Origin: Vicugna vicugna
Lineage: Eukaryota
Reading direction: 5' to 3'
Length of the DNA stretch: 64,000 nt
NCBI GenBank assembly: GCA_013265495.1
Contig: MU058540.1
Span: 1,265,696 to 1,329,695, forward strand
The notes beneath the pieces were generated by a model. It saw nothing but the letters and a program-made list of their open reading frames with translations, did no database searches and was not told where the DNA came from. Each line of letters begins with the position of its first letter. Position 1 is the first letter of the stretch. The position numbers and the translations under genes are program-made. Positions 38,378 through 50,900 of the stretch are shown here, in pieces.

Positions 38378-38884
38378 CTGAAACAAAAAAAGCGACTCAT
38401 GTCAATGCCAGGCGTATCCCCCAAGGCTCAAAGCAGCCATCACAGAGAACCCCCGAACACCACCCAAACTACAGAAAGAAATGTTCCTCTAAATGCTACT
38501 TTAGAAACTTACTGACAAAGAAATCCAGTACATTTACACAGCATGCAGTTCTACATTTTTGGTAAAGTCAAGTTCAGACTCTGGTACAACTTCAGTAGAC
38601 TTGTGGTAAGACCCATGAAACTATTTGTAAAAAGGTTACTTTCTGATTCTGATGCATAACCAAATTTGGAAATCATTACTACGGAGAACCATGATCAATA
38701 TATAGAAACTCAAAAGCCATTTTCCCAGAATCACAAACTCTTTGTGGTTTTTACTTTATTTTGCATGTGTCTGACTCAGGAAACTCAGCCAGGTATAACT
38801 CTTCAAAAAACAAAAACAAAAACAAAAACCCAACTTATAATTTTTAAGATTGTAACTTATCAACTATCTTTGAGGCATTAAAAG

Positions 38885-39004
38885 TTGAGCATATATTATC
38901 CAAACTAGGACAACTAAGAGTGAAAGGGGGAGCTATTAATAATTGAACCAGGACACAGGTGTAAACCAGCAGTAACTCTGATATATTAGAACAGATATCA
39001 CCCT
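38885..39004. mobile_element. MER81-like hAT-Blackjack element
   Basis: tccaaactaggaca...gagtgaaagggggagctattaataatt...aggtgtaaacc...tcaccct. Confidence 0.6.
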
Positions 39005-39335
39005 GGCTATTTTCACCATCTACGTGATCAAAAGATACTAAAATTTAGTATGCCTCAGACTTTCTAAAATAATCCAACTTAAAACCAACTTTGTCTTTCT
39101 GTCAGATAAGGAAACCCTACCATCCATACTGAAACCATAAGAGATTTGTTTTAAAAGATGCACCATAGAATTTTGGTCATAATTCAGTTCTTATTTCCTC
39201 AACTGCCAAAGCCAAGGGTTCAAGAAGAAACGAATAAAGAAAGTGGTAGTTTCCTTTGCGGTTCAGCACCTCAATTCAGACAACGGTGGCGTCTAGTTAT
39301 TTTCCTGCTGGAAGGTTTCAAAAAACAAGCTATAG

Positions 39336-40183
<848 letters not shown>

Positions 40184-40318
40184 AGAAAGTCCAAGAAACT
40201 TTTAAGTATGAACCTTGCTAAAAATAAATATGAAAAACTGTCCAGGCTCCTAAATAACTGCTGCAAGGCTGACAGGAAAAGGCAAATAAAACTTCATCAG
40301 TTAGCTACACGGGAATAA

Positions 40319-41165
40319 CAGGAGTCCCCTTTACCGTGATTCACTTTTCAAAGTTTCAGTTACCCGTCAACTGTAGTCCAAAAATACTAAATGGAAAATG
40401 TCAGAAATAAACAATTCATAAGTTTTACATTGCACACTGTTCTCAAGAGTGTGATGAGATCTCCTGCCATCCCAGTCTTTGGTCTGGGATGTGCATCACC
40501 CCTGTCCAGTGTACCCCCACTGTATACACTACCTACCCGTCAGTCACTTAGTAGCCATCTGAGTTATGAGATCGACTGTTGGGTATGGAAGTACTTATAT
40601 TCAAGTTACCCTTATTTTACTTAACAGTGGCCTCAAAGCATATGAGTACTGATGCTGGCAATTCAGATATGCCAAAGAGAAGCCTTGAAGTGGCTTCCTT
40701 TAAGTGAAAAGGTGAAAGTTCTCAACTGAGTAAGGAGAGAAAAAAAATCATATGCTGAGGTTGCTACGATCTATGGTAACAAATTTTCTATCCACGAAAC
40801 TGTGAAGGAAAAAGAAACTCATGCTTGTTTTGCCGTTGTACCTTAAACTGCAAAAGTTACAGTCACAGTGAGTGATAAGCGCTTAGGTAAGATGGAAAAG
40901 GAATTAAATTTGGACAATGAGATATTTTGAGAGATAGACCACATCTCTATAACTTTTATTACAGTATATTATTATAACTGTTCAACTGTAGTTTAGTTGT
41001 TGTTGTTAATTTCTTACTGTGCCTGATTTTAAATTAGGCTTTATCATAGGTATGTTGTATGGGGAAAAAACCCAGAATATATAGGGTTCAGTACCATCTG
41101 CAGTTTCAGGCATCCACCCTAGGAGTCTTGGAATGTAACCCCTGCACATAAGTGGGGGACTACTG
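40319..41165 (+). mobile_element. Tigger7/MER44-family DNA transposon, internally deleted
   Basis: TIRs caggagtcccc...ggggactactg followed by TA; MER44-type left arm (aaatggaaaatgtcagaaataaacaattcataagtttt); degenerate N-terminal transposase sequence starting atgccaaagagaagc at 40669. Confidence 0.85.
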
Positions 41166-41272
41166 TATAAAACAAATACACTAAAAGTGAAGGAAACTGA
41201 GGGAAACCCTCTTTGGATTGTTGTTTGTCCTCAATTTTCAATATGGGTTCTACATCTGAGAAAGGGGATTTT

Positions 41273-41341
41273 GTGTGTGTGTGTGTGTATGTGTGTCTGT
41301 GTGTGTGTGTGTGTTAAAGTATAGTCAGTTTACAGCATTGT
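41273..41341 (-). mobile_element. Extremely 5'-truncated retroelement whose tail is now a (TG)n microsatellite
   Basis: (TG)~20 followed by taaagtatagtcagtttacagcattgt (L1-type 3' terminus, minus strand), between imperfect direct repeats agaaaggggatttt (41259-41272) and aggaaggggatctt (41342-41355). Confidence 0.6.
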
Positions 41342-43740
41342 AGGAAGGGGATCTTAAGTATCAGCCACAAATACTCGATTTAAGGTTAGTGGTTTGGAAG
41401 CTGTATTAAGAACTTGGTGTACCCAACAGCTATGATCCAAAACCCTAGTAAGTGGACATGCAGTGACATCTACTGTTCACTTCTATAATGAGCAACTCTT
41501 TTAACCTCTTGCTAAGAGGAAGCTAAAGTCACTAGCAGCACTAGCATGGATCACAGGAATGGGCATCCATTTCAGACATACTCAGCATTAAATCACATGA
41601 GAATCTTCTTGTGAACTAGTACCATAAAAGTTCAACCTATCGACTTAACACTGTAAGCCTGGAAAGGAAGTGTAGCACTGCACTTAGAAATCCAAAACAG
41701 TGCCAAGAATGGCGGATCAGAGGACTTTCATTCAAGACTTTCATTCGAGGCCCAATCTTGTAAACCAGTATGATATAGGCCTGAAAGAACAATTCAATGG
41801 CAGGCAGCCTAAGGGAGACTCATTCTATACTCTCCTATTCGAGGTTTCTAACTAAAGGCAACATTCCTTCACTCTACTGTTCATTTTCCCAAGTGAACAT
41901 GCCTTGTCTTACAATACATTAATTCCTACTTTTTTGTCTTCCACCCGTTTTCCAAAATTCTTTAGAAGAACATCATACATTTAGCATACTCAGCTGCAGG
42001 TCATAGGCTTCTTAGCTCATGTTCTCTAAGCTCAGGAAACTAAACGCTTATGAGAAAGGACAGATTTTTCTGAAGGCTGTTATCAGTATATGAGACTAAT
42101 GACATCTCCCCCTGGCTTTGGGAACTAAAACTTCTTTAATATAATTCCCTGAGCCTTATTAATTGAGCCACTGCACTCCCTTTACCTTGGCTATTTTTCC
42201 ATACTGTTCACAGGTTCTACAGAGTAACTGTAAAAGGAATGTCACTTAAGAAGCCACTGATAAATAAACACCAATAATAAACACTCCAGTTCTGATTCTC
42301 TAAACTTATTATCATGATGGGTCATTATGAACAGCAAAACATGCCTTCTACATGGTACAATGTGAGCCCTCTAAGATATTACACTTCTAGACCTCACATT
42401 TTAGAATGTATTCATCTCATACATAATGTGCGTGTGTGTTTTAAATCAAACAAAGAAAAAGAATAACAAATATGGGCCCAATAGGCTTATTTCAGAGAGG
42501 TTGGCCATTTCCAATTCTTGCCAAAACACTTGATTACTGAGATTAAAATTGCCAGTCAGATATTTTACTATCTCTGATGATAAAACCACAATTGTAAAAA
42601 CCTTAGGGGCCATCTAATGGAACTGCTTCACTTTCTAGATGAAGGATCTGAGGTCTGGAGGTAAAGTGATGGTCCCAAGATCAGACTTCAAGTTAGAGGT
42701 TGACCAAGATGATGACCAAGAACTCCTAGCTCTTATTATAGCTTTTTAAACCCCTACTTATCTCTTCCTAACAGGAAATTGAGGAACCAAGTGTCAGGGA
42801 ACCAAAGCTATAGTTAAGTCAGTTCCATTTCCCAGTATCTTTACCTACAGAAATATGATCTTTGACATCAGTAATAAGAATGGGCCAACAGGATGGCCAA
42901 GAAAGAAGCCAAGAAGGTGTCAAATCTAGTCAGGGCTTAGTAAGCAAATGGAGAAACTGATTTTAGAATGTCTTGATTTAAGGTGATTTTCTTAAATGTG
43001 CCTGAGCCCGAATTCTGAATCTAAAAGGTACTATAAACAGTACTTCATTCAACTCATCCCTTTTACATATGATGAAACCTTTAATAATAAATATAAAATT
43101 TTAATAAGTACAAATTCCTCCTGTAGAAATGCGAGGGAAGAGAGTAGAGTCAGGCTGCAGTTCCTTAGCTCCTAGGAGGACAACTCCTGATGTCAGGCCA
43201 AGGCCCCATCCACAGCAGGGTGACTGCTGAAACAGCCTCGATTCAGCTCTGCTTCTCTACCCATTCTCACTCCCTATCCCATCTTGCCACAAGATGCATA
43301 TTAAACTTTATTCTTTAGTTTAATATTATTCTCAGGAATTTCCTTTTAAGATGCAAATACCAGCCAAAGGAACCCTAACCCTATTATCAGATCAACCAAC
43401 GGGCACAAGTTCACATAGAGGAGAAGAAAGAGAAGCCCAAGAAAGAGCACTGGAAGCCTGCATGAGAGGAGACAGGAAGGGTCCCTGGTGTCCACAGTAT
43501 GAAGAGGGCTCAGAAAGAAAAGCTGAAAAGGCAACAACAAAGAGACAATTCCTACTTCACAGTTTTTCCAAATCATGCCCTATTTAACAATCATGAGCTT
43601 TTTGCCTTAAATTGTGGGGCGGGCAGTGGTAACAGTGATCATTTAAACACTTATGCATTTGCTCCAAGTCTTAGGTAATAAGGGTCCCTACTTCCTAAAC
43701 CCAGTAAAATCAGTGCCATAGAACTGAAAGAGCAGAAATA

Positions 43741-44275
43741 TGTCTGAGACAAAAGATGAAAATCCTCAGAATGGGAAAACAAAAACAAAAACAAAAAAAC
43801 AAAACCCTGCCATTAACTGGGCTGGGAGGAAAGACACAGATGAAGGCAGGCAAAGTTAACAGGAAACATTACATCTCCCAGGTCATACAGCAGCTGTAAA
43901 ATGCTACATTGACTCTCTGAATGGCTACTGCTTTGTTACCAGTGATGTCCCCAGACCAGCTTTGTTACAGCCATCTACTACTGAGGATAAGATACCCAAT
44001 TGCTAAACTGCCCTTTGCCCCATGACAGCACCGAAATCCTAATTAATCCTCCCTTCTAATCCTGCCTCAGAAACAGCAGCCAATCCAAAACCGATCCACA
44101 ACCCCTACAGCCTCCTCCAAACCTGCAGCAGGAGCCCAACTTTACAGAAGGGGCTTCCCTCCTCCCTTTTACTTCATGGCATTCCACAGTTCCCCTGGAA
44201 GGCCTTCCCTTACCACGTATGTCAATAAATCTGGTTTGGTCAGACAGGCTTGTTTCAGGAGATCTCTGAACCCAG
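43741..44275 (+). mobile_element. Probable old ERV solo LTR
   Basis: Starts tgtctgagac, has ccaat near 44080 and gtcaataaatctggtttggtcagacagg, typical of an LTR R/U5 region. Family not identified. Confidence 0.4.
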
Positions 44276-44439
44276 ATGCTTTCCTCTCTTCCCTCTCTCA
44301 GCCTCAACTCCTAGAAGCAGAGACTCCACCCTTGCCTAACAGACTTCCCTTTTTGTACAACTGCCCACCCCTAACGTAGGCCCAGCTGACCTACATGAAG
44401 AAGGAGTGTATTCATTCTAAGATAAGGAGGTCAGAAAAA

Positions 44440-44740
44440 AGAGCAGTAACTGCCCCAAGAATAAAAGGAAACCAGGAGTATTTAGCATTCTAGAAGCCAA
44501 GTCATCAACCGGGTCCACTGTAGTAACAAATCAAGTTAAAGTTGAGGATTGAGAACAAAAGATGGGATATAGAATCCTGCAGGTCACTGGTGATTTTGAA
44601 AAGAGCAGTTTTAGTGGAATGGTGGGGATACAAGCCTGAATGGAAAGAATTTGTCAAACTAGGAAATCAGAAGGTGGAGACTGCCATTACTGATACTAAA
44701 TTTTCCAAGGAGTTTTGCTATGAAAGAGAGCAGAGAAATG
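44440..44740 (-). mobile_element. L2 fragment
   Basis: aggtcactggtgattttgaaaagagcagttttagtggaatggtggggatacaagcc. Confidence 0.65.
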
Positions 44741-44779
44741 GGGAAGAAGTTAGAGGAGGAAAATTAATAGCATTACCTT

Positions 44780-45185
44780 ATACATAACAGAAATAAAGCT
44801 AAGTAACTCAAGTGTCCATGAATGGGAACTGGCTGGAAAAATGATGACACATCTACCTAAGGGAATACACCACAGCCATAAAAAAGAATGAAGTTTTCTA
44901 CAGTGATCTTTAGAGTATATTATGAAGTGAAAAAAAGTAAGATACAGATCAATATTTATAGTTATGACACTTCTTCATAAGAAAAGGGACACATTTATAC
45001 ATATTTGCTGGCATCTGCAAAACAAAAGACAACACTGAATGAATAATTCATAAATGAAAAATAAAAATGAGCATCTACAGGAGGAGGGACTAGCTGAAGG
45101 GGACAGAATGGAAGGGAGATTTCTCTAAATATATCATTCCTAAATTTAGACTTAGGATCACAGAAATGTTTTACCTACTCAAAAA
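44780..45185 (+). mobile_element. Old L1ME-like 3' fragment
   Basis: caagtgtccatgaatgggaactgg...gaatacaccacagccataaaaaagaatgaag. Confidence 0.6.
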
Positions 45186-45261
45186 CAAAAAACAAGAAAC
45201 AAAAAACCACTAGGTCAAAGGAGGGACAAGAGTAAGGACTGGAGATAAAAAGTAAATTCCC

Positions 45262-45447
45262 AATAGATAAACAAGATTATACTGTAAAGCACAGGGAAAT
45301 ATACACAAGATCTTATGATAGCTCACAGAGAAAAAAAATGTGACAATGAATATATATATGTTCATGCGTAACTGAAAAATTGTGCTCTACACTGGAATTT
45401 GACACAACATTGTAAAATGATTATAAATCAATAAAAAATGTTTAAAA
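45262..45447 (+). mobile_element. Young 5'-truncated lineage-specific L1 3' end
   Basis: atagataaacaagattatactgtaaagcacaggg...cattgtaaaatgattataaatcaataaaaaatg plus A tail; perfect 15-bp TSD AAAAAGTAAATTCCC at 45247-45261 and 45448-45462. Confidence 0.88.
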
Positions 45448-46069
45448 AAAAAGTAAATTCCCTAGGATGATGACTGGCACAGGGTGGGTGCTCAATAAAT
45501 GGCAAATTATTTCTGCAGAAGTACTTAGCACTGTAAGTGATATTAAAAAAAAATGTTTTCTGGGTTGCCCTGTTGGAAGTTAGAGTCAATGTTAAGATGA
45601 TTGGTTATGTCTAACTAGCTGGAGGACTATAACAATGACAGTAAAACAGGCTTCACATATAAAATCTAAGAGTTTATGATACCTGCAAAAAGGGTACATA
45701 ATCTTTAATCCTCCTCCTCATTCATTAGTTTCATTGGGAGAAACAAAGCACAAAACTTTAAAAAAAAACTGGCAATTAAAGGTGAAGAATGAAGCATTTA
45801 ATCTAGCCTTTTTTGAAAAACTAAATTTCAGGAAAATAAATCATTGTTGATAAAGAAAAGCACCTCAGGCCCTTCCCCAAATTACTCCAGATAATATATG
45901 TGGGGAGAAAAATGTACTTTGTAACCCCTAATTGAAATGATTCAGGCAACAATCAATGAAGAAAACCAGTAGGCAAAAAGGTTGATTGATGGGGATGACC
46001 TCTGCAATGAAGGGATCAGGCTGTCACCACCTGAACCCTTTGACTGATCTCAGCATCACTAAGAGCCAA

Positions 46070-47955
46070 AAATTGTGAAAAAGAAGAATAAAGTTAGTGG
46101 TCTCACACTTTCTGATTTCAAAACTTATTACAAAACTACAGTAATCAAAATAGTGTGATACTGGCAGGAAGACAGATATATAGACCATGGAATAGAATAG
46201 AGAGCTCAAAAATAAGCCCTCACATTTATGGCCAAATGATTTTCCAGAAGAGTACCAACCATTCAATGGATGGTTTTTTCAACAAATGATGCTGGAAAAA
46301 TTGGATATCCACATGCAAAAGAACAAATTTAGAGCCTTACCTTACACCATATACAAGAATCAACTCGAAGTGGATCAAACACCTAAACATCTTAGAAGAA
46401 AACATAGAAGGAAAGCTTCATGACACTGGATTTGGAAATGAGTTCTTGGATATAACACCAAAAACACCAGCAACCAAGGAAAAAAGACAAATTGGGCTAC
46501 ATCAAAATAAATACTTTTGTGTATCAAAGGACACAATCAAAAGAGTACAAAGGCAAACCGTGGAATGCAGAAGATATCTGCAAATGAGTTATCTGATAAT
46601 AGGCAAATATCTAGAATCTACAAAGAACGCCTACAAAATAAAACCTTGATTTTAAAATGGGCAAAGGGCTTTTTGCCTCCATGCATCTGAGACAGAAAGA
46701 TGGGTTACCAGAAGCTCTACTGGAGCCATCCAAAAAAATAAGGCTAGGGTTCTGGCTCTTGCTGTGTGTGCTCAAATCTGCATGGTCTGCTCCAGAAATA
46801 TGGCCTTAATATGTACCACCATGCTTCCATCAGTACACAAAGGATACAGGCTTATGTTGGACTAAATGAACTGCCTAGAATGGGTTATCCAGGACATCTA
46901 CCTTAACACAGAAACAATACTAGTTTATTGTACATTAGGAAAAAACAAACAAAACAAAAAACCCCTTTCAACTGTAAGTGTTTTAATGTGAATGGAATAG
47001 TCAATTGACTATAGAAATCTTCTTTTAAAATTTACTATTGTTTTCTCAATGGATTCATCTTCAAAATATGTGGCTTATTTTCTCTCAGTCATAGAAAAGC
47101 ATAAAAGTATTCATGCTGGGGGGGAAAATGGGCAAAGGACTCGAAGAAACAAACTGAAGGGCCTAAAAGCACTGGAAAAGATGTTCAACATCATTAATCA
47201 TTAGAAAAGTACAAATCAAAACCATAATGAGATACCAACTCACACTCATTAGAATGGCTACTATCAGAGAACAGAAAATAACAAGTGTGGGCAAGGATGT
47301 GGAGAAACTGGAATCTTTGTACACCATTGGTGGGAGGGTAAAATGGTACAGCTGCTATAGAAAACAGTATAGCATTTTCTCAAAAGCTTAAAAATAGAAC
47401 TGCCATATGGTCCAGCAATCCCACTTCTGGGTACATATCCAAAAGAACTAAAAGCAGGGTTTCAAAGAGATACTTGTATACCTGTTTTCATAGAAGCATT
47501 ATTCATAATATCAAAAGGTAGAAGCAATCCAAGTGTACATTGATGGATAAATGATTTTAAAAAGTGTGGAATACACCTACAATGGAATAGTATTTAGCCA
47601 TACAAAAGTAGGAAGTCCTGAGGCGTGCTACAACTTGGATGAACCCTCAAGACATATGCTAAGTGAAATAAAAGTCACAAAAGTACAAATATGATGTGAT
47701 ACCACTTATATGAGGTACCGAGAACAGTCAAATTCATAGAGACAGGAAGTAGAATGGTGGTTGTCAGAGGCTGGAGGGAGAGGGAAAAGAGGAGTTACTA
47801 TTAATAGGTACAGAGTTTCAGTTTTACAAGAGTTCTAGAGACAGATGGCAGTGATGGTTGTACAACAATGTGAATGTACGTAATGCTACTGACTTAAAAA
47901 TGGTTAAAATAGTAAATTGTTATGTGTATTTCACCACAATTATTTTTTAAAAAGA
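46070..47955 (+). mobile_element. Old L1 (L1MB-like) 3' part of ORF2 and 3'UTR, split by the RPS29 retrocopy
   Basis: Degenerate ORF2 motifs (tgatttcaaaacttattacaaaactacagtaatcaaaatagtgtg; ccagcaatcccacttctgggtacatatcc) and an L1MB-type 3'UTR ending gtgtatttcaccacaat. Confidence 0.85.
46668..47124 (+). pseudogene. RPS29: Processed pseudogene of ribosomal protein S29 (uS14), nested in an L1
   Basis: ATG 46700: [36 protein letters not shown]..., ending ...LD* at 46865, versus RPS29 [38 protein letters not shown]...KLD. Stops at 46739 and 46745 plus small deletions. 14-bp TSD AAAATGGGCAAAGG at 46654-46667 and 47125-47138, at a TTT/AAAA endonuclease site. Confidence 0.93.
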
Positions 47956-50900
47956 CAAAAAACCAACCCTGAGGCCCAGTAACTTTAAGTTAGTTGCTCA
48001 AGGTCAATCAGTAATATTATGTAGCAGAATCAAAATCAGAGGTCAGATCTTTTAAATCCTGGACTAGTGCTTATTTATATCATGCAGCACCTCCTCCCCA
48101 CCCCTGGTCAGTTTTGAGTGTTCTAACAACCAAGAAATAGATTGTATTTATGAAGACAATTATTCTTGGCAGAAAAGATGGAAATATTAACATCCTAATA
48201 ATTTAAGCTTTTATAGCCTACTAATAAAGCATAACTGAGTGGGTGATAGCACAATTGCAGAAAATTAATATAGCATGAAAGTACATTTAAGCAACTTAAA
48301 TTACTAATTTAAATCTCAAAGTATAATTATGTTTAAAGATAATGCAGGCAATCAAAATTACAGCACATTAAGAGCCAAATGTATGCAACTGGCATAAAAT
48401 ACACAGATCAAAACTGTCATTTTAACAATCATTTTGGCATTAACTTTGAAAAGCACTTAGATATAACACTGGATAAAAGGGCTTAACATTTAAATATTGT
48501 CCATTTTACATTTAAATAGATAGAAAAATGGCTGGTATTATTATTCCTTCACTACTTCTGCTCAGTTTCCTAACCAATCTGATTGGGACACACTTTGGTG
48601 CTTCTTGATACCTGTAGTATTTTTATCAAAGGCTAATTTAAAATAGAATACTTGAGCAGAAGAAGTACTTCCAAGTAAGTATTTACTTATTCTATTAAAA
48701 AAAAGAGAGAGAGAGAGAGAGATTGTTCCTCTTGGTATTAGTGCTTCTAAGGTGAGGTTTACCTGACTCTGATACCTTTCTACAGTTACTATGTATGTTT
48801 TGAGTACTTAAAAGCACAAAAACACAAGATATAAGCCCCATCTGTCTTTTTTTTAAGAAACTCAAATCCTATTTTTGACATAATTACTAGACAAAAAGGG
48901 TAAAACAGCATTACTGATGGTAATTAGTTATCCTTGGTGAAAGTGTTTTGTCCTAGAGGTCTCTGATAATGCACTACATCAACTCTGCTCTCCTTCCCTG
49001 TTGTTCTAAAAGAGATAGGTTTTGTTTTTGGCTTCAGGAAAACCACTCCCAGTCAACATTATCATCCCAGCTGGACCAATCCAAGAACTAGCAAAACAAA
49101 GAGAACAATAACCCCTCCCCCTCAACATTCTCTCCAAAGAGAACTGCTACAGACATCACATTCACTGACAAGTCAGAGTCAGTGACAATGCAGAACTTCC
49201 TAAATGTTTCTTCATTCTCCTTTTATTTTTCCCTTCATTTTTCCCTTTCTTCTTCATCTCTTTGGTCTTACCCAATCTTCCCAAGCACTCTTTCTCTTCA
49301 TTTCCACTGTGGGCCCTTAAAAGGCTAAAATATTTTCCTAGCTTGAATTTGGGCACAGAGCTTTGGGGAAATGATTACTCATCCCTAGGAGGAAGTAGCA
49401 ACCAACATTCATACACAGGGGATCTTAGGAATCACTCATGGCCATCTGGACATCTCAACTCCACAAAAGGAGTCAACCTCACCACTCACTCACAACTGAG
49501 GTACACAGCATTGGGTCTTTTAGTCTGGGCTGATAGTCTGCTATTCATCTTTCAGATGACTGATCGGTGAGTGTAAATATTCTTCAGAGTATCATCACCT
49601 TCGATTTACCTCCCACTGTTTTGCACACAGAACCCTCAACTCATGCCAAACTGCACTAGTCAGGCTCAACCACAGTTTATGCCTATTTATTGCAATCTGG
49701 AAATGTGATAGATACCCTGTCACAAATCTGAATCTATTCAGTTTAAACACTACGTATCTAAGAAAGCCCTTTTGGACACCATTTGACCTAGAAAGTTATC
49801 ATCATCTAATGTTTATTATTTCTTATTACTGAAAATAAGAATTTCAATAGACTTTATTATTCTTTATAGACTTTATTTTTAAAGTAGATGTAGGTTCACA
49901 GCAAAACTGAAAAGATACATATACCCTCTACCTCCAGATAAGAACAATCTCCTTAACTATCAACATCCCACATCAAAGTAGTATATTTGTTACAATTGAT
50001 AAACTTACACAGACCATTATTATCACCCAAAGTCCATAATTTACATTTGAGTTCATTCTTGGTGTTTTACATTCTATGTGTTTTGACAAATGTAATAATG
50101 ACATGTATCTACCACTATAGTATCATACAAAATAGTTTCACTGCCCTAAAAATCCTCTGTGCTCTGCCTATTTATCACCCCCTCCCCAAGTCCCAGGTAA
50201 CCATTGTTTTCACAGTTTTGCCTTTTCCATAATGTTATATAGTTGGAATCATACAGTACACAGCCTTTTCAGATTGATTTCTTTCACTAAGTAACAGGGA
50301 CTTTAGGTTCCTCCATCTTTTCATGGGCTGAAAGCTCATTTCTTTTCAGTGCTAGATAGTATTCCATTGTCTAGATGTATCAAAGTTCTATTTATCCATT
50401 CCCCTAACGAAGGACATTTTGGTTGCTTCCAAGTTTTGGCAATTATGAATGAAACTGCTATAAACATGGTAAGAATATTTCAGTTTGTAAGAAACCGCGA
50501 AACTGTCTATCAAAGTGGCTGTACCATTTTGCACTCCCATCAGCAATGAATGAGAGTTTCTGTTGCTTCACATCCTCACCAGCATTAGGCATTGTCAGTG
50601 TTCCAGATTTTAGCTATTCTAACAGGTGCGTAGTGATAACTTCCTGTAATTTAATTTGCAATTCTCTAATATGATGTTGAACATCTTTTTATATGCTTAT
50701 TTGCCATCTGTATATCTTCTTTGGTGAGATGTCTGTTCAATTTTTTGCCTGTTTTTTGAGTTGTTTGTTTTCTTATTACTGAGTTTTAAGAGCTTTTTAT
50801 AGGTTTTGGATAATAGTCCTTTATCAGATGTGTCTTTTACAAATGTTTTCTCCCAGTCTGTGGCTTGTCTTCTCATTCTCTTGACACTGTCTTTCACAGA

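Noticed and set aside
43346..43587. Purine-rich segment with short ORFs on both strands, possible retrocopy
   Set aside because: No recognisable parent protein, poly(A) tail or TSD.
49556..49566. Plus-strand microexon-like pattern tttcag|atgactgatcg|gtgagt
   Set aside because: Antisense to ILRUN with no partner exons identified; such motifs occur by chance.
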